Below, piece after piece: positions 38,141-50,992 of a DNA stretch of 64,000 nt. The notes under the pieces are model-generated. The model saw only the letters and a list, made by a program, of their open reading frames with translations. It searched no databases and was not told the origin of the DNA. The DNA is taken from the NCBI RefSeq assembly GCF_016432865.1, contig NC_067399.1, positions 569,222,001 to 569,286,000 on the forward strand, given 5' to 3'. This stretch comes from Antechinus flavipes (Eukaryota). The position numbers and the translations under genes were made by a program. Every line of letters begins with the position of its first letter. Position 1 is the first letter of the stretch.

Positions 38141-39658
38141 GCATTCAAAGTTCAAGAATCTAGATACTCTAACTTTGACCTAACACTGGCTCAATTATAT
38201 CTCTTAAAAAATGTGACTAACTTTTCATTCTACCTAATAAGAAATGAGAAAACCAAGAAAATCAGACCAATAAATGCCAACTCTGGCCAAGGTAAATTTT
38301 TTTTTTTTTTTAACAAAGGTGGAAGCCTCAGGAGCTAGTTCAAGAGAGGAAAAAACAGGGCAGATCCCATGAATTGGAGGCTTCTTTCCCTCCTTGGGCA
38401 AGGACAAATTCTAAAGCACTGAGGATCTGTTTGTTTCAGCATCCATGTTAATGAGATTGCTCCTTTTTGTTGCCTTTTGCTGAACAACTATAAGCTCGTG
38501 GGAGCATTAGAGATTGTAAATAACCACTTGGATCATCCCCTTGCTGCCAGGCTAAATTGGTGTGGAGAAAAGAATACAAGATTTAGAGTCAGAGAATCTA
38601 GGTTTCAATCTCAATTCTACTACAATCCTTAATTCTCACTGACCAACAATTATAGATCAATGCAGGTCAACACCCACTTTGCAACTTTTGTTATTAGAAA
38701 GTTTCTTTAAAACAGGGAGAGGTTAGCTAACTTGCTCAGGATCTCATAGCTAGTATATGTCATAGCAGAACTTGAATCCAGGTCTTCTTGGTTCTGAGGA
38801 AAGTTCTCTCTCTACTGCTTCCTTAGGAGCATGCTAAGAATATGGCTCTTACCATGAATTAAGCTGAGAAGGAAGAGAGCTAATCCTTTCAGTTTTTCTG
38901 ACCCTGAATTATAGAGGCAATGAAGTAAGAGGTAGCAGGATGCTTATAAGGAATAGAAAATCAATTTCCAAATGAGAAAGGCTTGGGTTCGACTTTTGCC
39001 TCTTACTGAGTGTGAAGCCCTGGGAAAAATTACTAACCCTGCTCAAAGTAGCTCTTCGAAGAACATAAATTGCAAAGAAGGTAACAACTTCCACGTCCAA
39101 GAGCTCCTGATATCTATGAAATCATAGGTTCATTTCTTAACTTTTTTCCTATCAGTGGTATAAGGTAAAGAGCATTGGATTGGAAGTTAAGAGAACCTAC
39201 ATTTTAGTCTTGGCTTTACCTTTGTAGCTGAGTGATCTCAGAAAACTCATTTCTTCTGATGTGGTTCAGTCCTTGCGAATAATGTAGTAGAAAACTCAAT
39301 AATAGTAGCAACCCCAATACTTTTTAAGTATTGGGCCACCTGGCCTTTGGGAATAGCTAAAAATGTAGCTATTGGGAGTAATGTGGCACAGCCTTGGAGA
39401 ATGTGTCTGGAAAAAAAAAGGAGTTGGCCTGATGTCTTTATTACATTAAGCTATCCTTCAAGGATTGTCACCCAGAAGTCTGGACTGCTGTCTTGCACCT
39501 GGACTCAAACAATGAGAATTTGTTTCATGAAAGAAGAAAAGGGGTCATTGTTAAACCCCATTACCAAACTTCCCACCATTCAGTGAACCCCAATCCCATT
39601 ATGTTATTTACTCTGCTCTATTCTTTGTTTTGAACTCTCTAACTCTCTATAAACTTAC

Positions 39659-40012
39659 CTGCTTGCTTTTTGTTCTTTGTTATTTTCCTCTGGGCATATT
39701 GGAAGTTTCTTGCAATATTTGCGCCTCAGAAGTTTCCTGCATTATTGGCATACTAAAGCCAGAACTTGCCTCATGCCAGATAATCAACTCAGACTGATTC
39801 ATATCAACTCTTAGTTCTGAAAAACAACCCAGGAATGACCTGATAAGACCACCATGTGATTCTAACATCACCCCCTGTGTTTTTTGTCTTTATAATCCCT
39901 GCAGCCCATGCCCATCCTGAACTCAGTTCTGTGTTCCTATGTATAAATGAGTCTTATTAGGAAGAATAAACCTATGGATATACAACCTATTTGTCTTTCT
40001 TAAGACTAAAGT
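39659..40012 (-). other. Exon-shaped 354-nt module (strong acceptor and donor, no open frame) with a diverged inverted homologue at 50655-50992
   Basis: tcaacc(t)n-cag| acceptor at 40013 and CAG|gtaagt donor at 39658. A 78-nt core matches 50824-50901 at 63/78 positions. Confidence 0.55.
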
Positions 40013-40343
40013 CTGAAAAAAAAAAAAAAAAAAGGTTGACACAGATGAAGCTCAGAAATTGTCCTGTCATTTTTTTTTTTAATGAGAGCAAAAAAAAAAA
40101 AAAAAAAAAAAAAAAAGGAAAGAAAGAAAATATGATAAATTTCTACTGAAGAAATATTTAGTTTGTAAAGAAAAAAATATTTCTTACTATTTATTTACTA
40201 TATTTATTACTAGTTATTGTTTTTATTGCTATTTTACTATATTGCTATTACTTTTGAACTAATGATTGTTATAATAAAACTTTTATCTAGGTGGACCAGA
40301 TTTGTAAGTATAGAGTAGACAATTACAATATATAGAGAAATAT

Positions 40344-40384
<41 letters not shown>

Positions 40385-40412
40385 GTAGGGTCCTAGAAAA
40401 TGCATGTGAATA

Positions 40413-40766
40413 TATTGGATTTAACATATATTTAAACATATTTAACATGTATTGGACTACCTGCCATTTAGGGGAGGGAGTGGGAAGAAGGAAGGGAAAA
40501 TTTTGAACAGAAGATTTTGCAAGAGTCAATGTTGAATATCTAACATATATAGGACTGCTTGCCATCTAGGGGAGGGAGTGGAGGGAGAAAGGGGAAAAAT
40601 CGAAACAGAAGCGAGTGCAAAGGATAATGTTGTAAAAAATTACCCTGGCATGGATTCTGTCAATATAAAGTTATTATTAAATAAAATAAAATTTAAAAAA
40701 AAAGAGTCAATGTTGAAAAATTACCCATGCATATGTTTTGATAATAAAAAGCTTTAATAAAATAAA
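40413..40766 (+). mobile_element. Older L1 3' stub with a younger L1 stub (40537-40701) nested inside
   Basis: Outer TSD agaaaatgcatgtgaata (40395-40412, 40767-40784). Inner TSD aagagtcaatgttgaa (40521-40536, 40702-40717). Confidence 0.9.
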
Positions 40767-41243
40767 AGAAAATGCATGTGAATAAATGGCAAACCACTCC
40801 AGTATCTTTGCCAAGAAAACCCCAAATGGGATCACAAAGAGTCAGATATGACTGAAAACAACTGAATAGCAATATCAGATGCTTGACAATATACTTCAAA
40901 GCTTTTTAAACTGTTAATAATGAGCCTACACAGGGTTATGTAACTGAATGTAGAGGTTGTGAAAATTTTAGCAACTATAAAAGGTATCAATTATTCCATC
41001 AAGATTTAATTCTTTAAATAAAAATAAGTAATTCATTCATCTTATTAGTATACAAATTTGCTTTCAACTTTAATAAATGGTAAAATAATATGTATACCAA
41101 ATAATTATTTTAAAATAAAATTTATGATTTATTATCAGTAAATATTTGATTTGTATATCCATTTTATAAACCTATATGACCAGGGTAGTATAAAAACTCA
41201 GGTGAAGAAGAATCTCAAGTAGAAAAAGTTGAAGAAACCCTAG

Positions 41244-41943
41244 TGATGTGGTCTTCAATATTGGGTATGGTTAGCAGAACAAAAATGAAGAATTGATAAA
41301 AATTAATTCCTGAGGAAAGCAAAGAGAAGCATTGATAGAGATCTGTTTAGTTCCATGGTTTTACCCTCTGGGGAGCCCTACCCTTTATAGAGGTCTTGGG
41401 CAGTCTTACCTTGCCATAGCCTGTCAGAAAACCTGGAGGTTAAATTTTTCCTATAAAATCTACTTATGGACCATGGCTTCTCGGATGCCATCCTTTGGGT
41501 CAGTCCACCATGGCATTCTGTCTTCTGGTGTCTTTCTTTCTTTCTTATCCCTCCTTCCCTCCATGCCATGTGGTATCTCCTAATCCCAACATGCCTCATG
41601 GTGTCTTTTCTGATCCCCCACTTCTCCTTGTACCTAACTCTTTTAGGGTACTAAGCCCCTTTCATGATTTAGTCTGCCAGCTAAGGGCATGCCCCAATCT
41701 CATGGAGTGTTCCCTGGTTAATTGTGAGTTCTACCGGGGAACTTGTCTTTTATATGCTCTCCTACTCTATTTCACATTTACCATTCCTGCTATCTATTGT
41801 ATCCCTTAATTTTGTCTGTAACCTTTTCCCCTAAATAAATCTCTTTTTCCATATCATAGAGAATGATGATTGTGGATTTTTCATATGACTGAATCCCAAC
41901 TTTTGGTGCCCCCCATTATCTGGTGTTTACATCATCCACATCA
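41244..41943 (+). mobile_element. Solo LTR, family A (700 bp)
   Basis: TGATGTGG...CCACATCA 8-bp inverted termini. TSD ctag/ctaa (one mismatch). TATAAAA 41452-41458, AATAAA 41834-41839. Confidence 0.85.
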
Positions 41944-42973
41944 CTAATATATTTGGATTTGTTCAGGCTGGTCTTGATCATTTGGCTCACAGGGAGAAAT
42001 CTAACCTCCTAGATTTCTAATTCCAACCTGATCTGACTTTCCATGTCTCATCCACTACTTTGGACCCTTCAATTCCCTGCATTTGGAGATGACAATTTTC
42101 TGACCTCTAGATTTCTAGTCAGGTTGGAGGGCTGTGTTCATTTCCACTCGTATTCCTACCAATCCTAGAACCTAGAAAAAATTTTTCTAACTCTTCAGAA
42201 CTCCTTTATTCCCCTTTCTGCAGGAATACAGAGATAAAGTTCCTCTTGTGTTCACTTATTTTTGTGTCCTCCCTTACTTTCTTCTGATACAAGACAAACA
42301 TACAAACAAAAAACAAACCTCAGTGCATCCTTTGTTTATTATTTGAGGTCCAAGTAAAAGACTTTTCCTGCTTTTTATTGTCTGCTTTCTAATTCAGCAC
42401 TCTGTTAATGTTTTCAGTGATAGCCAGGCAAGAAACCCCATTGAGGAAGGTTTCAGAATCGTTTTCCCCAAAGATCCAAGTGCAAAGACCTTTAATTAAT
42501 TTCCCAGATGCTAATGGGTAAAGAACAAAAGTCACAGTTCTAGGACACCTTATCTCTCAGATTGTCTTCCATTTTTGTTCATTTGAATCTGTCAATAAAA
42601 CTGACTGTGTGAGTCAATTGTTGATTTACAGAATCATGGAACTTAAGATTTGGAAAGGCTCTCAGTAGTCATCCAACCCAATCTGTAATCAAAAAAGAAA
42701 TCCTTTCCCTGACATCCATGGAAAATAAGCATCTACTTAAAGACCACCTTCAGTCTTCAACAAGGAACTATGTGCCTGGAAGCCCATTCCCCTCATGGAC
42801 AGCTTTAATATTTAGAAAGCTTTTCCTTATATCAAGCTAAAGTCTGCCTCCCTGGAAACTTTCACTCACTCCTAGCTATGCCTGCTATATTCAAACCAAA
42901 TCATTTGAATCCTCCTTCCATATGAATGATACTTAGGGTCAGCTTATGGCCTCTCTATTTTCCATTCATTCAT

Positions 42974-43558
42974 TGATGAGATCAGGGTAGCAATTCCTAG
43001 TTTAAAATAAACATATGACAAATTCACAATGGCTATATTCTCTGGCAAAAGGTAGGTTCATTTAGGAGAAGTTACAGACAAATCAAGAGGTAAATATGAA
43101 ATAGGTTTGGGAGAAAAATAGGGTTACCAAGGAAAAGAGTTTAGAAAAATCCATTAAAGGAATATGACATGAGGTGGGAATAGGTTAATGACTGGTAGGT
43201 TAAATCCACAGACAAGTTTAGCAGACTAACCAGAGTTAGCCATAGTAAAGAAAAAGATACCATTAAAGGGAAGGCACAATGAAGAGGAAATAATGTACTA
43301 ATAGGCTTAGTGCTGAAAAGGACTTAGCAATGTCCTTCCTGTGGGCACATCTTTTATAGGGGAAATACAATCTTGGGGTTTCTCAGAGTTGGAGGGGAAG
43401 TTAGTTCCGAAAGAGGGATCAAGAAGAAGCCAAATAGAAGGAACCTGGCAGACCAGATCCCAAACCTATCTAAAGATAGGCTAATCATTATCTCAAAAGG
43501 ATATTCATTCTAGCAGTCTCTAAATTCTCTAGCAAATCCAAGGATATGACTTCTCCCA
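42974..43558 (-). mobile_element. Diverged solo LTR, family A, reverse orientation
   Basis: The reverse complement matches family A blocks (gctaagtcc...cagcactaagcc, tttgtctgtaac...taccttttgccagagaat...gccattgtgaatt). TGATGAG at 42974. The right end is approximate. Confidence 0.6.
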
Positions 43559-43990
43559 AAGTCTTATTTTCCTCCCCATAGCAATTTCTGTCTATATGTT
43601 TCCTTTACCCTAAATCCAGGAATCTCTGGAATGAATTTAGTAATTCCATTACAGAGGAATGCAGAATTCCACTTAGCATTCTCTTCAATAATAAGGTGTA
43701 ATGTCTCCCGCTATATATACACAGTATCATGAAGAATATCATAGATTTGGAGAGAAATTGGTTACATGAGTAACAAAAGGATGACTCTTAACTCAAATAT
43801 TCTGACTTCAGAGTCAATCCTTTTACTATGCCAGAACAAAAAAAGTTTCATCAAGGTGATAATATTTGAATTGGACTTTAAAAGTTGAGTAGTCAAGAAT
43901 CAACAAACATTTAGTAAGCACCTACTATGTGCCTGGTGCTAGTGATGAAAAGACATATATAAAACATTTCTTATTCTCAAACTTATATAC

Positions 43991-44654
43991 TGATGAAGTC
44001 TTCAGTGTTAGGTATGGTTAACAGAGGAATTGATCCCTGAGGCTAGCAGAAAGAAGGTTCTGATAGAGATCAGTTTAGCTCCACCTTCCCAATTTTTAGG
44101 GAGGTGATCCTGTCTGAAATCCAAGTTATGTCAAACTCTTGAGACCCACTCTCTGTAGAAATCCCAGTCTTGTCCCTGAAGTAAATAAAATATACTTATG
44201 GGCCATCCCATGGCTGCTGCCCTCCTTTGGGTAGTCCACCATGGCACTCTGCCTCGGGGTATCTTTCTCCTTACTTCTCATCACCCATGCCATGTTGTAT
44301 CTCCTCTAACTCCACTATCTCCCCAACCTCACTTCTCCTCCTTACAACTAACTCCTTTAGGGGGCTAAGTCCCTTTCAGGATTTAGCCTGTCAGCTAAGA
44401 GCATGCCCCAACCTCATGAGGTGCTCCCTTTCTACTGGATAATTTTGAGTTCCACTGGAGAGCTTGTCTTTCATATGCTCTCCCATTCTATGTCATATTT
44501 ACCATTCCTGGTGTCTATTTTATTCTGTCTGTAACCTATTTCCCTAAATAAATTTACCTTTTGTTAAAGATAATGGCCATTATGAATTGTTCACGTGACC
44601 AAACTCCAACTTTTGGTGCCTACCATCATCTGGTGTCTATTATCAACTACATCA
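43991..44654 (+). mobile_element. Solo LTR, family A
   Basis: TGATGAAG...TACATCA. Collinear with the 41244 and 58200 copies. AATAAA present. TSD not preserved. Confidence 0.8.
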
Positions 44655-47117
44655 CTTTGGTCTTCAAATCACATCATGAGTTAAATGACTTACCTGGGGT
44701 CATACAGTTAAGATGTATCTGAGGCCAGATATGAACTCAAGTTCCCCTGATTCCAGAACCCGTGTTCTACCTAGCTGTCTTGAATCACAGACCTTTTGGG
44801 GAAAGTGTTTTGTACCAATCGTTCTTACTGCAAAATCTTAGGAAATGGTCCTAAGTAAAGGCTAATTAACAATGGATGGTGAATCTATATCAACTGGAAA
44901 ATTAATGGGGAGCAAATTGATGGGGCTTACATATAGCAATATTAAAAATTCTTCATATCCTCCAGATTAGCCCTAAAATACCAAGGAGAGAAATAATAAG
45001 GTACGCTCTGAGGACCCAAACCACCAAAATGAGTGGAAGTCAGGGGATAGAGAGGGGACTAAATAAATCTGAGCTTTGAAGAAAACTAAGAATTCTAAGA
45101 GCTAGAGGAGAGAGATGGCTACATTATAGCCATCAAAATGGCCAGTGAAAAGGAAGGAAACAGAATATTGAGTATAATGTGAAAAGAAAAGCTAGAAGAC
45201 TAACTTGGGTAAACAAAGAGGAGTAATGTATGATGGGATAAAAATTACTGAGAGGTCCCTTGGTTAGACATTATTGATAGTTGAGGAGACACAGATGATT
45301 TTCTGTAGATAGTATTTACATTCAGAGTAAAGGCTCATTTGGATGAAGTTAGATGGCCCCTAGCATCAGCTTCAGCAGGATGAGTCCAATGGAAATAGTT
45401 GGAGGGAAAGATAAGAGTATACATTTCTGAGTTCAAATCCTACTTCAGATACTAAGTGATCTTTTTTTATTTTTTATTTTTGTTGATATTAGAGGAGCCT
45501 TGATTTGTTTCTCAATCTTGATTGTGCAGCTGCTGTAATGGAGGCCTTGTGCAACGAATTCTTATCCCAGTGGTAGCCACTTCTTTCTCATCATAGTCTT
45601 CCTCTTAACACAGTATAAGCAAGAGCCAGAACTGTTCTTGTTATAATAATTAAGGCTGGAAAAGTAGTTTGAAAGTAGACCATGAAGGTTTTGCCAAAGA
45701 GAGGAATTTGTCCTTGATCCAGATTTGATAAAACCTTTGTAGTTTATTAAGTAGGGAAATAATAACAGGGTTAGAGCTATACTTTAGGCCCTAGCAATAA
45801 GAGATACAGTGATAAGTTTCTTGTAGAGAGTGGAATTTTTAGCAAAAACCTGGAGAAATCCAGGGAGGCTAAGAGGTCTCCTGGGAAAGAACATTATTGC
45901 AAGAATGGGAAATAGGGATGGAAATGTACTGTGTCTTGTGCAAGGAACAGTAAGAAGGCTGGTCTGGAGACTTGATACAGGTCAATTCACCAACCCATTA
46001 AGTAACAGAGTAGGAGTGAGGTGATGAGGGCCTGCAACAAGGTGGTGGCAATGTCATAAAGGAGAATGGGGCACATACCAGAGGTGATGTGAAGTTAGAA
46101 TATACAGGACTTGCCAAGGAACTTTCTGTTCTAATAAAACTTGCCTGCTAACTGTTCCCTAAAAACCACATCCTAACACCCATTTTTGTTTTTGCACAAG
46201 TGGGGAATGCATACTCCCTCATCTCTACCCCTTAGAATTTCTAGCTTTTTTCCAAAGCTAAACTCAGGAGATAGCTTCTGTAGGAAATTACATTGTAATT
46301 TCAATTAAATTTTTTTTTTTCTGAGCACATGTTGTATTCCTTCAGCATAAGGTAGGTTCTTTAAGCACAGAGATCCTTAAGATCATAAATTTAAAGCTAA
46401 AAGAAACGTTGGGGGTCAGCTAATCCAATCCCATCATTTTACAGAAAAGGAAAACAAGGCTTTTGGAGGTCACCTGACCTCCCTGAAGTCCCACTGATAG
46501 TAAATGGCAGTCAGAATTCTAACTTATGTCTGACTCCAAAATCATCTTTCCACTTCACCTCATCTTTGTATTCTCATGTAGCTTTACACATATTAGGCAT
46601 TTAATAAGTAAATGTTTAGTATTAAATTTATTGAATTTTCCCATAAAAACATTGTTTTCAGGGTACCCCATGAGTTAAGCCTGAGAGGCTAACCATCATT
46701 TAAAATTTCTTCCCATGAGGAAGGATATTCCAAGTTTGAAACAACTGACTTACAAATAAACTCTCACATATACTTACAAAAAGTGTCCAGCTAAGCAAAA
46801 TCTTTATTTTCTCCCTTCTGAGGGATATATGTGTGTATATATACATGTTTACATATGCACACACACATATTAATTAAGAGAGAAATTGGAATAACTGGTG
46901 GTTTAGCAATTACCTTCTTCAGGTTTTGGATGGAGGTTTTCCCCTGTAAAGTTAATTAAATTGCTAATTTGGGGGGCTTGCGGAAGTAAGGATTTAAAAA
47001 ATTAAAGAGTAAACCAACCAACCAAGGTTATATAACAGGTTGGAAATATATAAAACAAAACTTGCATTTTAGTTTTGTCAAGTTGAATTTAAAAATGAAG
47101 CAACATACCTGTTAAAA

Positions 47118-47276
47118 TATATAGGACTGCTTGCCATCTAGGGGAGGGAGTGGGGGGAGGAAGGGGAAAAATCGGAACAGAAGCGAGTGCAAGGGATAAT
47201 GTTGTAAAAAAAATTACCCTGGCATGGATTCTGTCAATATAAAGTTATTATAAAATAAAATAAAATATAAAAAAAA
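47118..47276 (+). mobile_element. Young L1 3' stub (159 bp)
   Basis: 3' UTR end plus A tail. TSD aacatacctgttaaaa / accatatctgttaaaa. Confidence 0.85.
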
Positions 47277-50200
47277 ACCATATCTGTTAAAACCAAATAT
47301 AAGCCTTAATATAAATTGTACTTTCAGGCAGGAAAGAAATAAAATTTTCATTCTAAATGTAAAAGGATGATAATCCATTATAGGGAAACTGCTGTACTGT
47401 GTAGGAATACAGGGTTAAGATGTGCTTTCAACTTCATATTCTAACAGGAAGAATACCACTGCAACCACAATTCCCCTAAGTAGCAATAGCAGAAGTAACT
47501 GGTGGTTAGCCAAGAGTATTTTCCATTAGGAAGTGCTGGGGCTTTCATCCTAGTCATAGAGCAGTAATTGCTTTGTCATTTCATGAGTCTCCTCATTAAT
47601 CCCCTTAGTTTTTGGAACTCAGCCAGCTCACAGAGATTGCCTCTTTTCTAAAACCTGTGCAGCAGCTTAGATATATCTTGGAGTCAGCATGAACCACTAA
47701 ATGGTCTCAAAATCTTATTTTGTTAGCACTCTTACTATTTACAAAGATTCTCTTTCCCATAGGAAATCTAAACTGGACTCTACTTTGTCCTGATGTTGTG
47801 ATAATCAAAACTGAAATGTATTTTATCAAAGGCAAGAAAGGCAGTGAAGAAAGATGAAGGTTAACTTATGAATGAGAGTGTAACCTTCCTGTGAAGAACT
47901 TTTATGAAGGGTTTGAGTACACCTTATTTTCTCACTTCTTTTGGTTGCCTCAGGATATCTCAGAAAATATATACATGAAGTCTTCAATATATGGAGGCTG
48001 ATTCTCCATTTGTAAACATACAGTACACAATTTTTTTTAACATCCTTAGTTTCTGAGAAGAATGAAAACAAAACTAAGTCCCTTGAGTGAGAAAGTATTT
48101 GTGATAGAGAACTGGCCAGTACCCCATTACACAACTGGATCACATCACATTGGCCAGTCCCACATTACATATTAATCCCAAAGTTGTATGTGAATCTCTG
48201 AAGTGAGAGCTGCTCTATAATTCTATAGCTCTATGATCTTAGCAAATTCTTTAATGATTGGATGAAAGAATGAAGCTTTCAATCAATTATAAAACAATAG
48301 CGTTTCAAAGTGAGAAAGGGCTTCAGAGACCATCAAATTCAATCTGAATTTGACCAAGATTTTCCTCTACAATTTGCCAAACAAACACTGCAACAAATGT
48401 TGCAAATTCAAAACGGTTGAGGCTTGGGATTAAAACAAACCAAAAAAAAACAAAAAAAAAAAAAACCAAAAAAACATTGAATTTGGTCATTAGAAAGTAA
48501 TATAAAATTTTTTGTATGGATAGAATGGTAAAGACAGAAGCTAGAGTGCAAGGAAATGTGGAGAGAGTGAGTGTAACCCAAAAAATACAGGCCTTGCACA
48601 ATTTGGGACTAAAAGCTTGGGGATTTTGTAATTTTCATATAACAATCAATAATTCTTCTTGCTATCATAAATTCAAAGCAAAATTTGCCTAAAATTGGAA
48701 AGGTTCTTAAATACCATTAGTTTATAACCACTCTCATTTTACAGATAAGGAAATTGGTTAAGGAGAACAAATGATTATTAGCTCAAGGTCCAATATCTAT
48801 TTGTTTAGTAAGTACTTGAATAGGAACCTGATCTCCTGACTGTAACTCAACAATTTTTTCCATTTATAACAGACTTCCTTTATAAGTTAGCTCTCTATTT
48901 TAGCGTGAATAATACAACCTTTTAATTTCTGAATGAATGTGAGAAGTAAAATAGTACTGGAAATATTAAGTTCTCTCTAGTACTAACTAGATAATAAATT
49001 CTATTTGAGAACACTATGTCTTTAAAATTCAAACCAATAACAAAAAAAGACTAATAAAAGATGTAAAAACTTCAATTCCATAGTACAAACAGTTGAAATT
49101 CAGGAAATTCTATTTCATAAAGAAATCAGGGAAAATATAGCACTAATTCAAAATATACCAAAATTATACCAAATCTCAAAATCACAAGGTACATCAAAGA
49201 TCATTTCAACCACTGTTTTTTTTTTAGTCTGTGGGCTATTATTAGCTCTCTGAGGACCAGAGTTTTTACAAAGTCCTGAAAATTCTTAATCCTTCCAAGC
49301 AACTTATTTTGTAGACTGGATGAATGTCTTTTGCATTTTTTGCTGTTTTTTCTTCTCCAGAAATACACAGATGTTACTGGGATAAACAAAGCATTGTTGA
49401 ATTCATAGTTGCTTTTTGTCATTATGTATTTAATGAATCACACATATGAATATTATAGCTAGTATGTGGGGGTCTACAAAACGTTTTGGCTTTTAAAAAG
49501 GAGTGCTTTAAAAAAAAAAAAAGTTCATTCTTTTTCTGGTTCTGCTTCTTACTCTCTGCACTTTGCTATTCTCAGCTATTCAACCTGGAAGTTCCCCCTG
49601 ATCCTATGGATCTTCTTATTCTGGAACATCTCTCCAGCTTTGTGGTCCCTATCTCCCACCGATAAATTCCACCTACAAGGTCTTGGAAGGCACAGGCCAG
49701 CCAGCCTTTACTTCTTTCCTAGCTCTGCTTGTGATTCTCTGGACTTCATCATCCTTAATAGACATCTTTCCCTTCCCATTTTCTTTCCCTTTTATATGTT
49801 GTCTTCCCCTGTTAGAATATAAACTCTTTGAGGTCAGGGACTGTTTTGTTTTGTTTTGCTTGTATTTTTATATTCTGAGCATTTAGAACAATGTCTGGCA
49901 TCTAATAAAGTGATTAATAAATGCTTGTTGACTTGACTTCAAAAGGCTAATTTAGTCCAATTTCTGTCTAAATAGCAATCTCCCTTAAAATACAGTCCTA
50001 CTAAGGGATCATATAATCCTTATTTGAAAGTTTCTACTGAAGCAAACTGAGGCAGCTTTCCACTTCTGAACCATTCTAATCATGAGAGATTGACTTCCAA
50101 CCAGGAGTCAGCTCTAATTCAGGTTTTAGTTCTCAGTGTTTCGCCAAAAGAAAGAACATTTCTTTCCCGTGAAATCCACACATGCTGCCCAGGTTCCTGG

Positions 50201-50654
50201 AATTTCAATTAAGGCCTCCAGATAATCCAGCAGAACAGTTCCAACCCTATAGCTCATCAAAACAGCTGTCAGGCTGAAGCTAAGGAGAGGATACTTTGTT
50301 CTTAAATTAAAATGTCAGATAATCCAAATTTGACTCATGCATACTCATTTCTCTTCCCCACAATTCCCCTAAGATTCCTGTGTTTTTGTCCTTCACAAAG
50401 CATAGAGCTTCTATAAAGAATTGGGCTTTAGCCTAGTTTTCCCTCTGGTTTCTGAGTCCAATCCAAGCTGTTTAGTTTGTAGCCCAGGATGTTTTCCTTT
50501 TGTTAAAAGGTGAGATGGAGTAGTAGAGTTTGATTTGGAGTTCTGAGAAGCTTGGGTTTGGGTTCTGGCTGTGCTACATTTAAAGGTTGTATGACAGTAA
50601 GAAAAGCATAGGATCATGGATTTAGAGCTGGAAATATCAACCTTTTTTTTTCAG

Positions 50655-50992
50655 AGTTCAGTCTAAGAAAGACAAAACACTCAGACTGTACCCAGGGATG
50701 TATTCCTTCTAAAAAGGCAGACATGTATACATGGGAACACAATTAGAACTGAGCTAAGGGAAGGCATAGGCAGCATGAGTTATAAAGACAAAAATCACAG
50801 GGGCTGAAGGCATTATTATATATAGTGGTCTTATCCAGTCATTCCCAGGTTGTTTTTCAGAACAGGGAATTGATATGAACCAAACCGAGTTGGTTATCTG
50901 ATATAACAGGTGAAGTTCTGGGTTCAGCAAGCCAATAATACTCCAGGAACTTCTAATGTATAAATACTGCAAGGAATTTCAGATATGTCCAG
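50655..50992 (+). repeat. Second, inverted copy of the 39.7-40.0 kb module
   Basis: Shares the tcaacc(t)n-cag| acceptor and collinear blocks (ataaagacaaaaa..cacagggg, gtggtcttatc, ggttgtttttcagaac). The donor is not conserved. Confidence 0.75.

Noticed and set aside
41244-44654. LTRs at 41244 and 43991 as the two ends of one provirus
   Set aside because: No PBS, polypurine tract or gag/pol between them. The outer flanks do not match, the first LTR has its own TSD, and a third inverted LTR lies in between.
45460-45625. Poly-T followed by a protein-like tract (processed pseudogene or AP3S2-like PRNINI resemblance)
   Set aside because: Only patchy short matches, no TSD and no consistent reading frame.
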